A DNA stretch of 64,000 bases from positions 3,810-67,809 of the forward strand of contig NZ_JBIIDX010000001.1 in assembly GCF_044238155.1 (NCBI RefSeq). Reading direction: 5' to 3'. A model generated the notes under the pieces. That model saw only the letters and a program-made list of their open reading frames with translations. It was not told the origin of the DNA and ran no database searches. Position numbers and translations under genes: made by a program. Of the stretch, positions 55,139-64,000 are shown one piece after another (positions within the stretch are counted from its first letter, which is position 1; every line of letters starts with the position of its first letter). Origin of the DNA: Aestuariivirga sp. (lineage in GTDB: Bacteria; Pseudomonadota; Alphaproteobacteria; Rhizobiales; Aestuariivirgaceae).

Positions 55139-56862
55139 CTGCTGACCTGAAGATGGCTTTCCACACTCAGAACTCTCCCATCGTCGATCTCGTAAAGGCG
55201 ATCAGCGATTGTTGTCCATGCTGGTCGGTGAGTGATCGCCACTATCGTGTATTTTCCACGAAGCAATGCTATGTTATTGACGATTTCTTGTTCTGTGGCT
55301 GGGTCAAGCGCACTGGTCACCTCATCAAGGATCAGGAGTTCAGGTGATCCTACCAGTGCCCGGGCGAGAGATATACGCTGCCGCTGACCACCAGACATCT
55401 TGCCCCCCATCTCACCCACGTCGGTATCCAGCCCCTGCGGAAAATTTCTCACAAAGTCCTCTGCCTTTGCCTGCCGAAGTGCCGACCATACCATGTCATC
55501 GGTGAAGTGTGGATCATCGAACGTGATGTTCTCCCGTACTTTGGCGTGGAGCAAGCTTAGCTCCTGCGGAACATAACCAATTTTTCTGCGCCACTTGTAA
55601 AGATCAATGTCATTGAGCGAGACGCCATCAACAGTGATGCTGCCACGATCAGGTTCGTAGAGGCCGATGAGCAAGTCGATGATGGTTGTTTTTCCCGCAC
55701 CAGATGGCCCTCTCAAAACAGTGATTTGACCCGCGGGGATTTCAAGGTCGATACCACGAATGATCTCGGCCTCAGCATGAGAGAACGACACATTTTCAAA
55801 ACGGCACAGCTTGGTGATGGCTGCATCGAGCCTGCCCGGATTCCTCTCCTGATGTGACAGAGCCAAGGTGGTCAGTTCAGAAATGCGGGTGTAGAAGCGC
55901 TCAAACTTCACGGCTTGCTGTACAGCCTTCTGAACCTTAGAGAACATACTGTTGATCTTGAAGAAGATCACGGTGAAGACCAGTAATTCAGGAAGAGAAA
56001 CCTTCCATGACGTATAAGCAAAGTAAGCCGTGATTGTGATAAGCAACGTCACAACGACGTCATTACCAAGGTTCAAAGCCTGTTTTGACATCTCGACAGT
56101 GATCAGCGCCCGCCGCAGCTTAATGAGCTTCTGGCTAATCGGCCTGAGCATCGGTTCGAAGCGGTGCATTGCCTTCAGAGGTTTCATGTTGGCTATGAGG
56201 TCCACGACGCGGACAGTGAGTGCTCCTGTCATGTTTGCTTCACGGCTACCTGCCGCGCGGCTCAGTTTGACCAACCGGTTCATGGCTGTGGTAATGGCAA
56301 GACCTATCACGATACTGACGAGTGCTAGCTTCCAGCTATACACGAGCGCCACGGCTGCGAGCAGCACCGACTGCAGTCCCGCCGCAATCGCTTGAGCACC
56401 GAACAGATAGGCTTGACTGGCACGTGAGGCGTCATTGGCCACTGCAGCGGCGAAGTTGCCAGCATGCTGGTCAGCATAGAAGCGCCAGCTTGCGCCTATC
56501 GCCGCATTGATTAGTCGGTCCTGGAAGTCCACTGCAAGTTCTGCTGCGACTACAGCTGCATAGGATAGCGCAAGAAACGAGATCAGGGCCTTGAGTATGG
56601 CGGCCGCTGCAATTAGCAAGACGAGAGTCTCGAAACTCGGCGTCATTCCAGACCAAGCGATGATCTCTTGGACAAAGGCGCTCCCCTGAGATGCCTTGCC
56701 GTCCTGGGCATAAAGTGCCGCAGCGGCCGGTAGCAGGGCACCCACCCCGATGGCTTCAACCGCAGCAGCAACGACGAGGCTCAGCAGAACCAGAACGGAA
56801 CGTAGGCGATCACCTTGCAAGAATATCTTAAGGATCATATTCATTTGGAAACTTGCCAGCAA
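55135..56862 (-). CDS. fused ABC exporter (N-terminal transmembrane domain plus C-terminal ATPase, MsbA-like half transporter)
   Basis: 575 aa. Six-helix-like N-terminal half. Walker A GPSGAGKTT, signature MSGGQRQRISLAR, Walker [13 protein letters not shown]. Confidence 0.85.
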   Translation of the reverse strand: MLASFQMNMILKIFLQGDRLRSVLVLLSLVVAAAVEAIGVGALLPAAAALYAQDGKASQGSAFVQEIIAWSGMTPSFETLVLLIAAAAILKALISFLALSYAAVVAAELAVDFQDRLINAAIGASWRFYADQHAGNFAAAVANDASRASQAYLFGAQAIAAGLQSVLLAAVALVYSWKLALVSIVIGLAITTAMNRLVKLSRAAGSREANMTGALTVRVVDLIANMKPLKAMHRFEPMLRPISQKLIKLRRALITVEMSKQALNLGNDVVVTLLITITAYFAYTSWKVSLPELLVFTVIFFKINSMFSKVQKAVQQAVKFERFYTRISELTTLALSHQERNPGRLDAAITKLCRFENVSFSHAEAEIIRGIDLEIPAGQITVLRGPSGAGKTTIIDLLIGLYEPDRGSITVDGVSLNDIDLYKWRRKIGYVPQELSLLHAKVRENITFDDPHFTDDMVWSALRQAKAEDFVRNFPQGLDTDVGEMGGKMSGGQRQRISLARALVGSPELLILDEVTSALDPATEQEIVNNIALLRGKYTIVAITHRPAWTTIADRLYEIDDGRVLSVESHLQVSR

Positions 56863-57040
56863 CTCACTTGGTGCTTTGAAAGATTAAAGGTTCTGCCCTG
56901 TCTCTACAATAACCATGGCCGCGTAATCGCTAGTGTCATGCGGTAGCGGTTATTTGGCGCAAGTGTCAAGAAATCAAGTATCTCGTTGGGTGAGCCCCTC
57001 TCGAAGCCTGAATGTCGGGAACTGCGCCTTGCGTAATGTG

Positions 57041-58129
57041 TCAGCGCCTCCTGAACCGCCATCCCGGCCGCACGCTGTTCACCAGCATCATCTCGGCGAT
57101 GTTGCCGCTGCTCAGCACGCCCACGACCTGGCCATTGCCGTCCACCACCACCTCGGCGTTGGCTCCGCGGCTTCGCATGCTGTTGAAGGCTTCGGCGAGC
57201 GGCTGGGCGAGGAGGAGGGGCTGGGCTGGCCGCATGGCGCTGCTGATTGGCGTGGCCTCACCGTGCTCGCGCAGGGCAAGGATCATCGCATCCCGGTCGA
57301 GCAGTCCCCTGGCGCGGCCATTGGTTCCCAGCACGGGAAACTCCGTCTGCGGCGAAGCCAGAAGGGCGTCAATCGCTGCTGAGAGCGGCTGACTCTCATC
57401 GAGAATGATGGCCGCCGGCTCCATCGCATCGCGCACCGTCAGCTTGGCTGCAAAGCCCGTGAAGGCCGCCGACTGCGCCTCGGCCGCGGCCGCGAAATAG
57501 ATGAACACGCCAATCAGCACCAGGATGGGACTGAAGAACAGCCCCAGCAGCACAAACAGCGCTGCAAAGCCCTGGCCGATTTTTGCGGCGAGAGACGTTG
57601 CCCTCTGTGCCCCGAGCTTCATCGCCAGCAGTGCCCGCAGCACGCGCCCGCCATCCATTGGAAAGGCCGGAATCAGGTTGAATGCCACCAGCGTGACGTT
57701 CACCAGCAGCAACCGCTCGGCAAGGCTCGCCTGCTCCAGGTCAACCGTCAGGACGCCGGACAATGATAGTCCGAAGCCTGCCATCAGCAGCAGCGCGATC
57801 ACCACATTCACCAGCGGGCCGGCAATGGCCACCAGCAGTTCTTGCCCGGGCCTGTCCGGCATGCGCTCCAGGCTTGCAATGCCGCCGATCGGCGTCAGCA
57901 CCACAGTGGGCGTCTTGATGCCGAAGCGCCGCGCCATGGCGATGTGGCCGAACTCATGCAGCGTCACGCACAGGAACACCAGCATGATGAACACCACCGC
58001 GTCGACCGCCGCCGCGGTCCCACCCACCAGGTAGTCCGCAAGGCCAATCCAGGCCAGAAACAGCAGAAAGGTGATGTGCAGGCCGATATCGGTTCCGGCG
58101 ATGCGTCCAATGCGGAGAGACCAACCCAT
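57041..58129 (-). CDS. site-2 (M50) metalloprotease with C-terminal CBS pair
   Basis: 362 aa. HEFGHIAMARRFG (HExxH) and NLIPAFPMDGGRVL. Host-like high GC resumes at this gene. Confidence 0.85.
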   Translation of the reverse strand: MGWSLRIGRIAGTDIGLHITFLLFLAWIGLADYLVGGTAAAVDAVVFIMLVFLCVTLHEFGHIAMARRFGIKTPTVVLTPIGGIASLERMPDRPGQELLVAIAGPLVNVVIALLLMAGFGLSLSGVLTVDLEQASLAERLLLVNVTLVAFNLIPAFPMDGGRVLRALLAMKLGAQRATSLAAKIGQGFAALFVLLGLFFSPILVLIGVFIYFAAAAEAQSAAFTGFAAKLTVRDAMEPAAIILDESQPLSAAIDALLASPQTEFPVLGTNGRARGLLDRDAMILALREHGEATPISSAMRPAQPLLLAQPLAEAFNSMRSRGANAEVVVDGNGQVVGVLSSGNIAEMMLVNSVRPGWRFRRR

Positions 58130-58252
58130 GCGACCATCCTTTCAACATCTCGCGGTGATCTTTAGAACATGTCGCGAGAGGATGGAAACAGACTCATCGG
58201 CCGGCTTTTGAAACTCACGCCTGCCGGGGCATTGCTCCGGCGGCGGATGAAA

Positions 58253-58666
58253 TCACGATGCCTTTCCTTCATCGTCGGGCTGCGTGGCATGGCGCGGCAG
58301 TCCGTCCTCCATGTGCAGCCAGGGCAGCCTGTCCGCCTCATACCAGTGGGCTGATGGCAGGAGTGCATTGGCCTGGTCGAGAATGCCCGCCACCACATAG
58401 ATCGACTGCGGCTCGCCGTCATAGAGAAAGCTCACCGGGCTGCCGCATGTTCCGCAATGCGTACGCCGCGCGCCAGGCGATGAGCGGTAAACCACTGGCG
58501 GCGGCCCGGAAAACGTGACCGCCCGCATATCGAACTTGGCATAGGTCAGCACCGCCGCTCCCGAATGGCGGCGGCACATGCTGCAATGGCAATGGGTCAC
58601 GGCAATTGGCGCCGCCTCGATCTTGAGTCTCACCTCGCCACACAGGCAGTGGCCGGTCATCGGCAT
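58253..58666 (-). CDS. GFA (glutathione-dependent formaldehyde-activating-like) family protein
   Basis: ORF 58253..58828 with a preferred ATG at 58666 (MPMTGHCLCGEVRLKIE...CHCSMCRRHSG). Confidence 0.75.
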   Translation of the reverse strand: MPMTGHCLCGEVRLKIEAAPIAVTHCHCSMCRRHSGAAVLTYAKFDMRAVTFSGPPPVVYRSSPGARRTHCGTCGSPVSFLYDGEPQSIYVVAGILDQANALLPSAHWYEADRLPWLHMEDGLPRHATQPDDEGKAS

Positions 58667-58688
58667 CGAACAACTCCGCTTGCAGCTC

Positions 58689-60131
58689 TCACAGCGCTGG
58701 CCGCTTGCGCTTGTCTGAATACCAGCCGCCGAGCGCCTTCTCATAGGCGAGTGCGGCCTTGAACACGCGCGCGTCGTCAAACGTGCGGCCAACGATCTGA
58801 ATGCCGGTTGGCACCCGCGTCGCGGCATGGCCTGAGGGCACCGAGATCACCGGGCAATTGTGCAGCATGTTGAACTGGTGCGTCATCACCCAGCCATATT
58901 CGGCGTCAACCTTCCTTCCGGCTACGGTGAAGTTCGGGTCGAAGGGGTCGTGGTCGGCGCGCACGCCCGGTGCATTGTTGGTGGGGCAGATGAACACGTC
59001 GTGTGTCTCCAGCACTGGCCCCAGCGTCTGGTACATGCGGTGGGTCTGTTCCCAGGGCTTGTGCACGTCTTCCGCGCCACTGGCAGTCTTGGCGAGCTTG
59101 GCAAACCTGATGGCGTAATCGGTCATCAGGTCGGAATTCTCCTTCAGGTTCCAGATGGTCTGGCGCCCGAAATGCATCAGATTGTACCAATGCAGGCCAT
59201 TCTGCTCCACCGCATCGGTCCAGCCGAGGTCAACCTCCTCCACCCGTGCGCCGAGCGAGCGGAATACCTCGATCGCCGCCACCATGTTGGCGCGCACCTC
59301 ATCCTCGACGGGCACATAGCCGAGGTCCACCGAATAGGCGATCTTCATGCCCTTGATGCTGCCTGCCGTGAGCGGCAGTCTGACCGTCTGGCGCAGTGAA
59401 TCATGATCGAGGGGGTGTGGCCCCGCGGTAACCGCCTGCATCAGCGCCGCATCCGCCACGCTGCGCGTCATCGGTCCGCAGTGGTTGAAGCGGTCGAAAT
59501 TGGCGGGCGGGCCGTCCGGGTTTCGGCCATGCGGCGGCTTGAAGCCCACCACGCCACAGGCCGCGGCCGGAATGCGGATCGAGCCGCCGATGTCGGTGCC
59601 GGTGGCCAGGGGTACCAGGCCCGCGGCAAGCGCTGCACCTGATCCGCCCGAGGAGCCGCCTGGCCCCCAGTCCGTGTTCCACGGGTTGCGCGTCACGCCC
59701 CAGATGCGCGAGGAGGTGACACCCGAGAGGCAGAACTCCGGCGTCGTGGTGCGCGCCAGGATGATGGCGCCTGCCGCCTGCAGGCGCTCGATCATCGGAT
59801 CGGAGTGATCATCCACGCTGTCCTTGAAGATCAGTGAGCCGTGGGTGGTGCGCCTGCCTGCCACGCGCTGGGCGTCTTTCACGGCAAGCGGAATGCCATC
59901 CAGCGCCAGGGTGGAGCCGCCACGTTTCATGTGGCGCGCTTCTGCCTCCCGTGCCTGGTCGAGGGCCTCCTCGAAGTAGCGGTCGGCGAGGCAGTTGATC
60001 GCGGGGTTGACCCGCCCAGCCCGGTCGATCAGCGCCTTCACCATTTCGACGGGTGACAATTTGCGGCGGCGGAACAGCTCCAGGGCTGCCGTGGCGGTCA
60101 GGTAGCAGATCTCTTCATTGCGCATGGACAA
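58689..60131 (-). CDS. amidase (amidase-signature family)
   Basis: 480 aa. GGSSGGSGAALAAG signature and the Ser-cisSer-Lys family layout. Confidence 0.85.
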   Translation of the reverse strand: MSMRNEEICYLTATAALELFRRRKLSPVEMVKALIDRAGRVNPAINCLADRYFEEALDQAREAEARHMKRGGSTLALDGIPLAVKDAQRVAGRRTTHGSLIFKDSVDDHSDPMIERLQAAGAIILARTTTPEFCLSGVTSSRIWGVTRNPWNTDWGPGGSSGGSGAALAAGLVPLATGTDIGGSIRIPAAACGVVGFKPPHGRNPDGPPANFDRFNHCGPMTRSVADAALMQAVTAGPHPLDHDSLRQTVRLPLTAGSIKGMKIAYSVDLGYVPVEDEVRANMVAAIEVFRSLGARVEEVDLGWTDAVEQNGLHWYNLMHFGRQTIWNLKENSDLMTDYAIRFAKLAKTASGAEDVHKPWEQTHRMYQTLGPVLETHDVFICPTNNAPGVRADHDPFDPNFTVAGRKVDAEYGWVMTHQFNMLHNCPVISVPSGHAATRVPTGIQIVGRTFDDARVFKAALAYEKALGGWYSDKRKRPAL

Positions 60132-60183
60132 GCCTCATGGCTAAGCGTTAGGAGAGCGTCAGTAGAACAGGATCAGGGGAGAT

Positions 60184-60933
60184 ATGTCCATGGCTGGCAG
60201 GCTTCAGGGCAAGACGGCGATCGTCACTTCGGCGGGGCAGGGCATTGGCCGGGCTGCCGCCATCTGCATGGCGCGCGAGGGCGCCAGGGTCTGGGCCACC
60301 GACATCAATGCCAATGCACTGGACAGCCTGAGCCGAGAGCAGGCGGGCATCGACGCCTTCACGCTGGATGTTCTCAAACAGGACCAGGTCGATGCTGCTG
60401 CCCAACGCGTCGGCACGCCCGATATCCTGTTCAACTGTTCGGGCTTTGTCCATGCCGGCACCATCATGGAGACCGATGACAAGGCCTGGGACTTCTCCTT
60501 CGACCTGAACGTCAAGGCGCATTTCCGCATGATGAAGGCCTTCATGCCGGGCTGGCTGGCGCGGGGCTCAGGCGTCATCATCAACATGGCCTCCGCCGCT
60601 TCCTCGATCAAGGGTGTGCCCAACCGCTTCGTCTATGGCGCCACCAAGGCTGCCGTCATCGGCATGACCAAGTCGCTCGCCGCGGATTACACCGGCAAGG
60701 GCATCCGGGTGAACGCCATCTGCCCCGGAACGGTGGACAGCCCCTCCCTCATGGAGCGGCTCAAGGCCACGGGTGATTTCGAGGCCGCAAAGTCGGCCTT
60801 TATTGCGCGTCAGCCCATGGGCCGCATGGCCCGCGCCGAGGAAATTGGCATGCTGGTCGTCTATCTGGCCAGCGACGAGGCGGCCTTTGTCACCGGCCAG
60901 ACCTTCGTGATCGACGGCGGCTGGTCGATCTGA
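60184..60933 (+). CDS. SDR family oxidoreductase
   Basis: 249 aa. TSAGQGIGRA cofactor motif and catalytic YGATKAAV (YxxxK). Confidence 0.85.
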   Translation: MSMAGRLQGKTAIVTSAGQGIGRAAAICMAREGARVWATDINANALDSLSREQAGIDAFTLDVLKQDQVDAAAQRVGTPDILFNCSGFVHAGTIMETDDKAWDFSFDLNVKAHFRMMKAFMPGWLARGSGVIINMASAASSIKGVPNRFVYGATKAAVIGMTKSLAADYTGKGIRVNAICPGTVDSPSLMERLKATGDFEAAKSAFIARQPMGRMARAEEIGMLVVYLASDEAAFVTGQTFVIDGGWSI

Positions 60934-61012
60934 CCCCATTGGCAAGCCTGCCTGTCCCGGCATAGGATGACCGGAAACCGCCGGTAAACAGGCGGAGGGG
61001 AGGAGACCGATT

Positions 61013-62110
61013 TTGGCATCTGGCCAGGCCGCCATCGAGGCGAAGGGCGTCAGCAAGCTGTTCCAGGGCGCGGGGCAGGATACTGTCGTGGCGCTGGACG
61101 ATGTCTCTGTTCCCATTCGTGAAAACGAGTTTTTCACGCTGCTGGGTCCCTCCGGCTGCGGCAAGACAACGCTGTTGCGGCTGATCGCGGGGTTCGATTT
61201 TCCCACCAGGGGCGAAATCCTGCTCCATGGCCAGGATATTGCGCCTCTTCCGCCCTACAGGCGCCCGGTCAACACCGTGTTCCAGAGCTATGCGCTGTTC
61301 CCGCACATGACGGTGGCCGAGAATATCTCCTTTGGCCTTGAGATGCTGGGCAAGCCGCGCACCGAGATTGATGCGCGGGTCAGTGCCATGCTGAAACTGG
61401 TGCGCATGGAGGAGCTGCGCAACCGCCGCACCAGCCAGATTTCGGGCGGCCAGCAGCAGCGCGTGGCACTGGCACGCGCGCTGGCGCCGGCGCCCAAGGT
61501 TCTGCTCCTCGATGAGCCGCTCTCGGCTCTCGACTACAAGCTCCGCAAGGACATGCAGATCGAGCTGAAACGCCTTCAGCATGAAACCGGCATCACCTTC
61601 ATTTTCGTCACCCATGACCAGGAGGAAGCCCTCACCATGTCAGACCGCATCGCGGTCATGAACAAGGGGCGCATCCTGCAGGTTGGCACCCCGCGCGACA
61701 TCTATGACAGGCCATCGGAGCGGTTCGTGGCCAATTTCATTGGCGAGACCAATTTCCTCGAGGGCAATGTCGTAAGTGTCAGCGCCCGCGAGGCCGCGAT
61801 ACGGCTGGCGGATGGCGCGGAGATTGTGGCCGGCCTGCCGGATGGCGTTGCGCCCGCTGGCCGGGTGAGTGTCGTCGTCCGGCCGGAGCATGCCCAGCTG
61901 GTCCGGCCCGGCGGCAGGGCCGATCTCACCGGAACCCTTGAAACCGCGGTCTATTTTGGCACTGACACGCATTACCATGTCCGCCTTGTTGGTGGCGCCT
62001 CCTTCATCGTCCGCCGCCAGAATTCCCGCGCCGGGGCTGCCCAGTTCGCCGATGGTGAGGCGGTGGGCATCGTGCTTGAGCCTCATGCCGCGCAAGTGCT
62101 GAGGGATTAG
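61013..62110 (+). CDS. potA: spermidine/putrescine-type ABC transporter ATP-binding protein
   Basis: 365 aa from TTG at 61013, preceded by [34 protein letters not shown], and a C-terminal TOBE-like domain. Confidence 0.8.
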   Translation: MASGQAAIEAKGVSKLFQGAGQDTVVALDDVSVPIRENEFFTLLGPSGCGKTTLLRLIAGFDFPTRGEILLHGQDIAPLPPYRRPVNTVFQSYALFPHMTVAENISFGLEMLGKPRTEIDARVSAMLKLVRMEELRNRRTSQISGGQQQRVALARALAPAPKVLLLDEPLSALDYKLRKDMQIELKRLQHETGITFIFVTHDQEEALTMSDRIAVMNKGRILQVGTPRDIYDRPSERFVANFIGETNFLEGNVVSVSAREAAIRLADGAEIVAGLPDGVAPAGRVSVVVRPEHAQLVRPGGRADLTGTLETAVYFGTDTHYHVRLVGGASFIVRRQNSRAGAAQFADGEAVGIVLEPHAAQVLRD

Positions 62111-62113
62111 GCC

Positions 62114-63037
62114 ATGGCCAGTGCTGCCGAGATCGCCGCAGCCGCCGCCCGCCGCGACATACGCGGGCGCTGGCTTCTGTCGGCGCCGGCCCTGCTGATC
62201 ATCTTCTTTGCCGCCGTCGGGCCGCTGTTCGTCGTCCTGCTCTACTCGTTCATGGTCAAGGGCGACTATGGCGACGTCAAGTATTGGCAGTTCTCGGCTG
62301 AGGGCTGGTTCAACGTGTTCTTCTCGCGTGACATGTTCGACGACACGCTGGGTTTCAACGACGCGCATCTGGCCATTTTCTGGCGTTCGCTGAAGCTGTC
62401 CCTGATCACCACCCTGATCACGCTGTGTCTGGGCTTTCCCACGGCCTATTTCATCGCCACGCGGTCCGAGCGCTCGCGTGATGTTTGGCTGTTCCTCATC
62501 ACCATCCCGTTCTGGACCAATCTGCTGATCCGTACATTCGCGATGCAGGAGGTGATCCGCAACGAAGGCGTCATCAACACAGCGCTGATGTGGGTCGGTG
62601 TGATCTCGCAGCCCATCCAGATGATGTATACCGACATGGGCATCCTGTTCGGCATGGCTTACGTGTATTTTCCGCTGATGGTGCTGCCGCTCTATGCCTC
62701 GATGGAACGGCTGGATTTCAGGCTGGTCGAGGCGGGCTACGATCTTTATGCGACCAGGGCCCGGGTGCTGTGGCGCATCATCATTCCGCTGGTCAAGCCC
62801 GGCATCGTGGCAGGCTCCATCCTCGTGTTCATTCCCTCGCTCGGCGCCTATGTGACGCCACGCGTGCTGGGCGGCGGCAAGAACATGATGCTCGGCAACC
62901 TGATCGAGCTGCAGTTTGGTCAGGGGCGCAACTGGCCGCTCGGCTCGGCGATCTCGATCACGCTGATGGCCATCGTCATGCTGGCGCTGCTCGTCTATGT
63001 GCGCAACGCCTCGAAGTCCGGGGTGCGCCATGGCTAG
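62114..63037 (+). CDS. potB: polyamine-type ABC transporter permease
   Basis: 307 aa membrane protein directly after potA. Confidence 0.75.
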   Translation: MASAAEIAAAAARRDIRGRWLLSAPALLIIFFAAVGPLFVVLLYSFMVKGDYGDVKYWQFSAEGWFNVFFSRDMFDDTLGFNDAHLAIFWRSLKLSLITTLITLCLGFPTAYFIATRSERSRDVWLFLITIPFWTNLLIRTFAMQEVIRNEGVINTALMWVGVISQPIQMMYTDMGILFGMAYVYFPLMVLPLYASMERLDFRLVEAGYDLYATRARVLWRIIIPLVKPGIVAGSILVFIPSLGAYVTPRVLGGGKNMMLGNLIELQFGQGRNWPLGSAISITLMAIVMLALLVYVRNASKSGVRHG

Positions 63038-63830
63038 CAGCTTTGACGTCAGGCGGCAGTCCGGTTTCACGGCGGTGGCGCTGTTCTGTTTCTTCCTGCT
63101 CTACCTGCCGATCGTCACCCTGGTGGTCTTTGCATTCAACGCCGGATCGTCGCTGGCGGTGTGGGAGGGCTTCTCGTTCAAATGGTTTGCCGCGGCCTGG
63201 CACAATTCCGCGGTGCAGGAGGCGGCCCTGCGCTCGCTGATCATCGCGCTTGCCGCGGCAACCATTGCCACTGCCGCCGCCACCATGGCGGCCCTTGCCA
63301 CCACCCGCACCGAACCCTACCGCGGCCTCACCTTCAAATACGCCTTCATCAACCAGCCGCTGATGGTGCCCGAGATCGTCACGGCAGTGGCGCTGCTCAT
63401 CATCTTCTCGCGCATCAAGGTCTGGACGGGCTACTCGGGGCTTGGCTATCTCATCATCGCGCATACCGCCTTCTGCATTCCCTTCGCCTATCTGCCGATC
63501 AGGGCCCGTCTCGAGAACATGGACCTGACGCTGGAGCGTGCCGCGGCCGATCTTTACGCCACGCCGTGGCACACCTTCCGCCGGATCACCCTGCCGCTTC
63601 TGTGGCCGGGCATTCTGGCGGGCTACATGCTGGCCTTCGTGATTTCGCTGGATGATGTGGTGATCACGGAATTCGTCAAGTCAGGCGGGCAGGATACGCT
63701 GCCCACCTACATGCTGGGCCAGCTCCGGCGCATCATCACGCCGGAAATGAACGCCATATCGACAGCATTCCTGGCGATATCGGTGCTGATCGTCACGTTG
63801 TTTTTCTTCATCAGCCGGAAGAAGTCGTGA
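63030..63830 (+). CDS. potC: polyamine-type ABC transporter permease
   Basis: ORF 62997..63830 with a preferred ATG at 63030 (MASSFDVRRQ), overlapping the potB stop by 8 nt. Confidence 0.75.
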   Translation: MASSFDVRRQSGFTAVALFCFFLLYLPIVTLVVFAFNAGSSLAVWEGFSFKWFAAAWHNSAVQEAALRSLIIALAAATIATAAATMAALATTRTEPYRGLTFKYAFINQPLMVPEIVTAVALLIIFSRIKVWTGYSGLGYLIIAHTAFCIPFAYLPIRARLENMDLTLERAAADLYATPWHTFRRITLPLLWPGILAGYMLAFVISLDDVVITEFVKSGGQDTLPTYMLGQLRRIITPEMNAISTAFLAISVLIVTLFFFISRKKS

Positions 63831-63860
63831 TATGAAATCAATGTCAAAAGGGAGACTGCC

Positions 63861-64000
63861 ATGAAACGAACTCTGACTGCCGCCCTGGCGGGGCTTGCGC
63901 TGCTTGCGGGCGCTGCCACAGCCCATGCCGAGGGCGAACTCAACATCTTCAACTGGGGCAACTACACCTCGCCCGAGATGATCAAGAAGTTCGAGGAAAA
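63861..64000 (+). CDS. potD: polyamine-type periplasmic binding protein, N-terminal fragment (runs off the window)
   Basis: Own translation: MKRTLTAALAGLALLAGAATAHAEGELNIFNWGNYTSPEMIKKFEE. This is a signal peptide followed by the typical PotD/PotF start. Confidence 0.7.
   Translation, partial: MKRTLTAALAGLALLAGAATAHAEGELNIFNWGNYTSPEMIKKFEE

Noticed and set aside
61640-63070. 476-aa minus-strand ORF antisense to potA/potB
   Set aside because: High-GC shadow ORF. The translation is dominated by Arg, Asp, His and Gln runs.
1-64000. CRISPR arrays, IS elements, prophage genes, toxin-antitoxin pairs and defence-system hallmarks (helicase/nuclease/methylase sets)
   Set aside because: Reading both strands, I saw no regularly spaced direct repeats, no transposase or integrase-like translations and no phage structural genes. 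The only nuclease is a secreted SNase-type enzyme in the core flank.

Overview
High-GC alphaproteobacterial (Rhizobiales-like) chromosomal window. All calls come from reading the sequence and ORF track by eye; no searches were run.

The two flanks, 1-24.2 kb and 57-64 kb, look like ordinary core genome:
- Left flank: gcrA (partial), argD-argF-hslO, a Dpp/Opp-type ABC importer with two tandem binding proteins, xylB-xylA plus two sugar-metabolism genes, a DUF3422/TetR pair, gap-rpe, and an FMN reductase-photolyase-nuclease group.
- Right flank: an M50 protease, a GFA protein, an amidase, an SDR and potABCD.

A tRNA-Met(CAU) at 24141-24217 marks the start of a roughly 33 kb mosaic accessory region. 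No integrase, IS element or CRISPR array is visible in it.

The main candidate for an undescribed system is a 20-gene surface-glycan-type locus at 34583-56862. It combines:
- a pseudaminic-acid (pse) operon that lacks a GNAT PseH and a NeuA-type PseF, and instead carries a formyltransferase-like gene, a methylase, an aldo/keto reductase and a cytidylyltransferase-aminotransferase fusion;
- three paralogs of the uncharacterised ELM1/DUF1022 family, two of them paired with GT8-like paralogs;
- a GT4 glycosyltransferase, a membrane-anchored sugar-transfer-associated ATP-grasp ligase, two sulfotransferases and one fused ABC exporter.

No priming transferase and no Wzx/Wzy/Wzz or KpsMTED genes are present. 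Half of the locus (34.6-40.3 kb) has host-like GC, and the other half (40.3-57.0 kb) is clearly lower in GC.

A second candidate sits directly after the tRNA at 24.8-28.9 kb. It is a lower-GC cassette of an ATP-grasp-like gene, a conserved unknown, a GT2-like gene and a beta-rich unknown. An untracked 50-codon ORF lies 6 nt downstream of the ATP-grasp gene.
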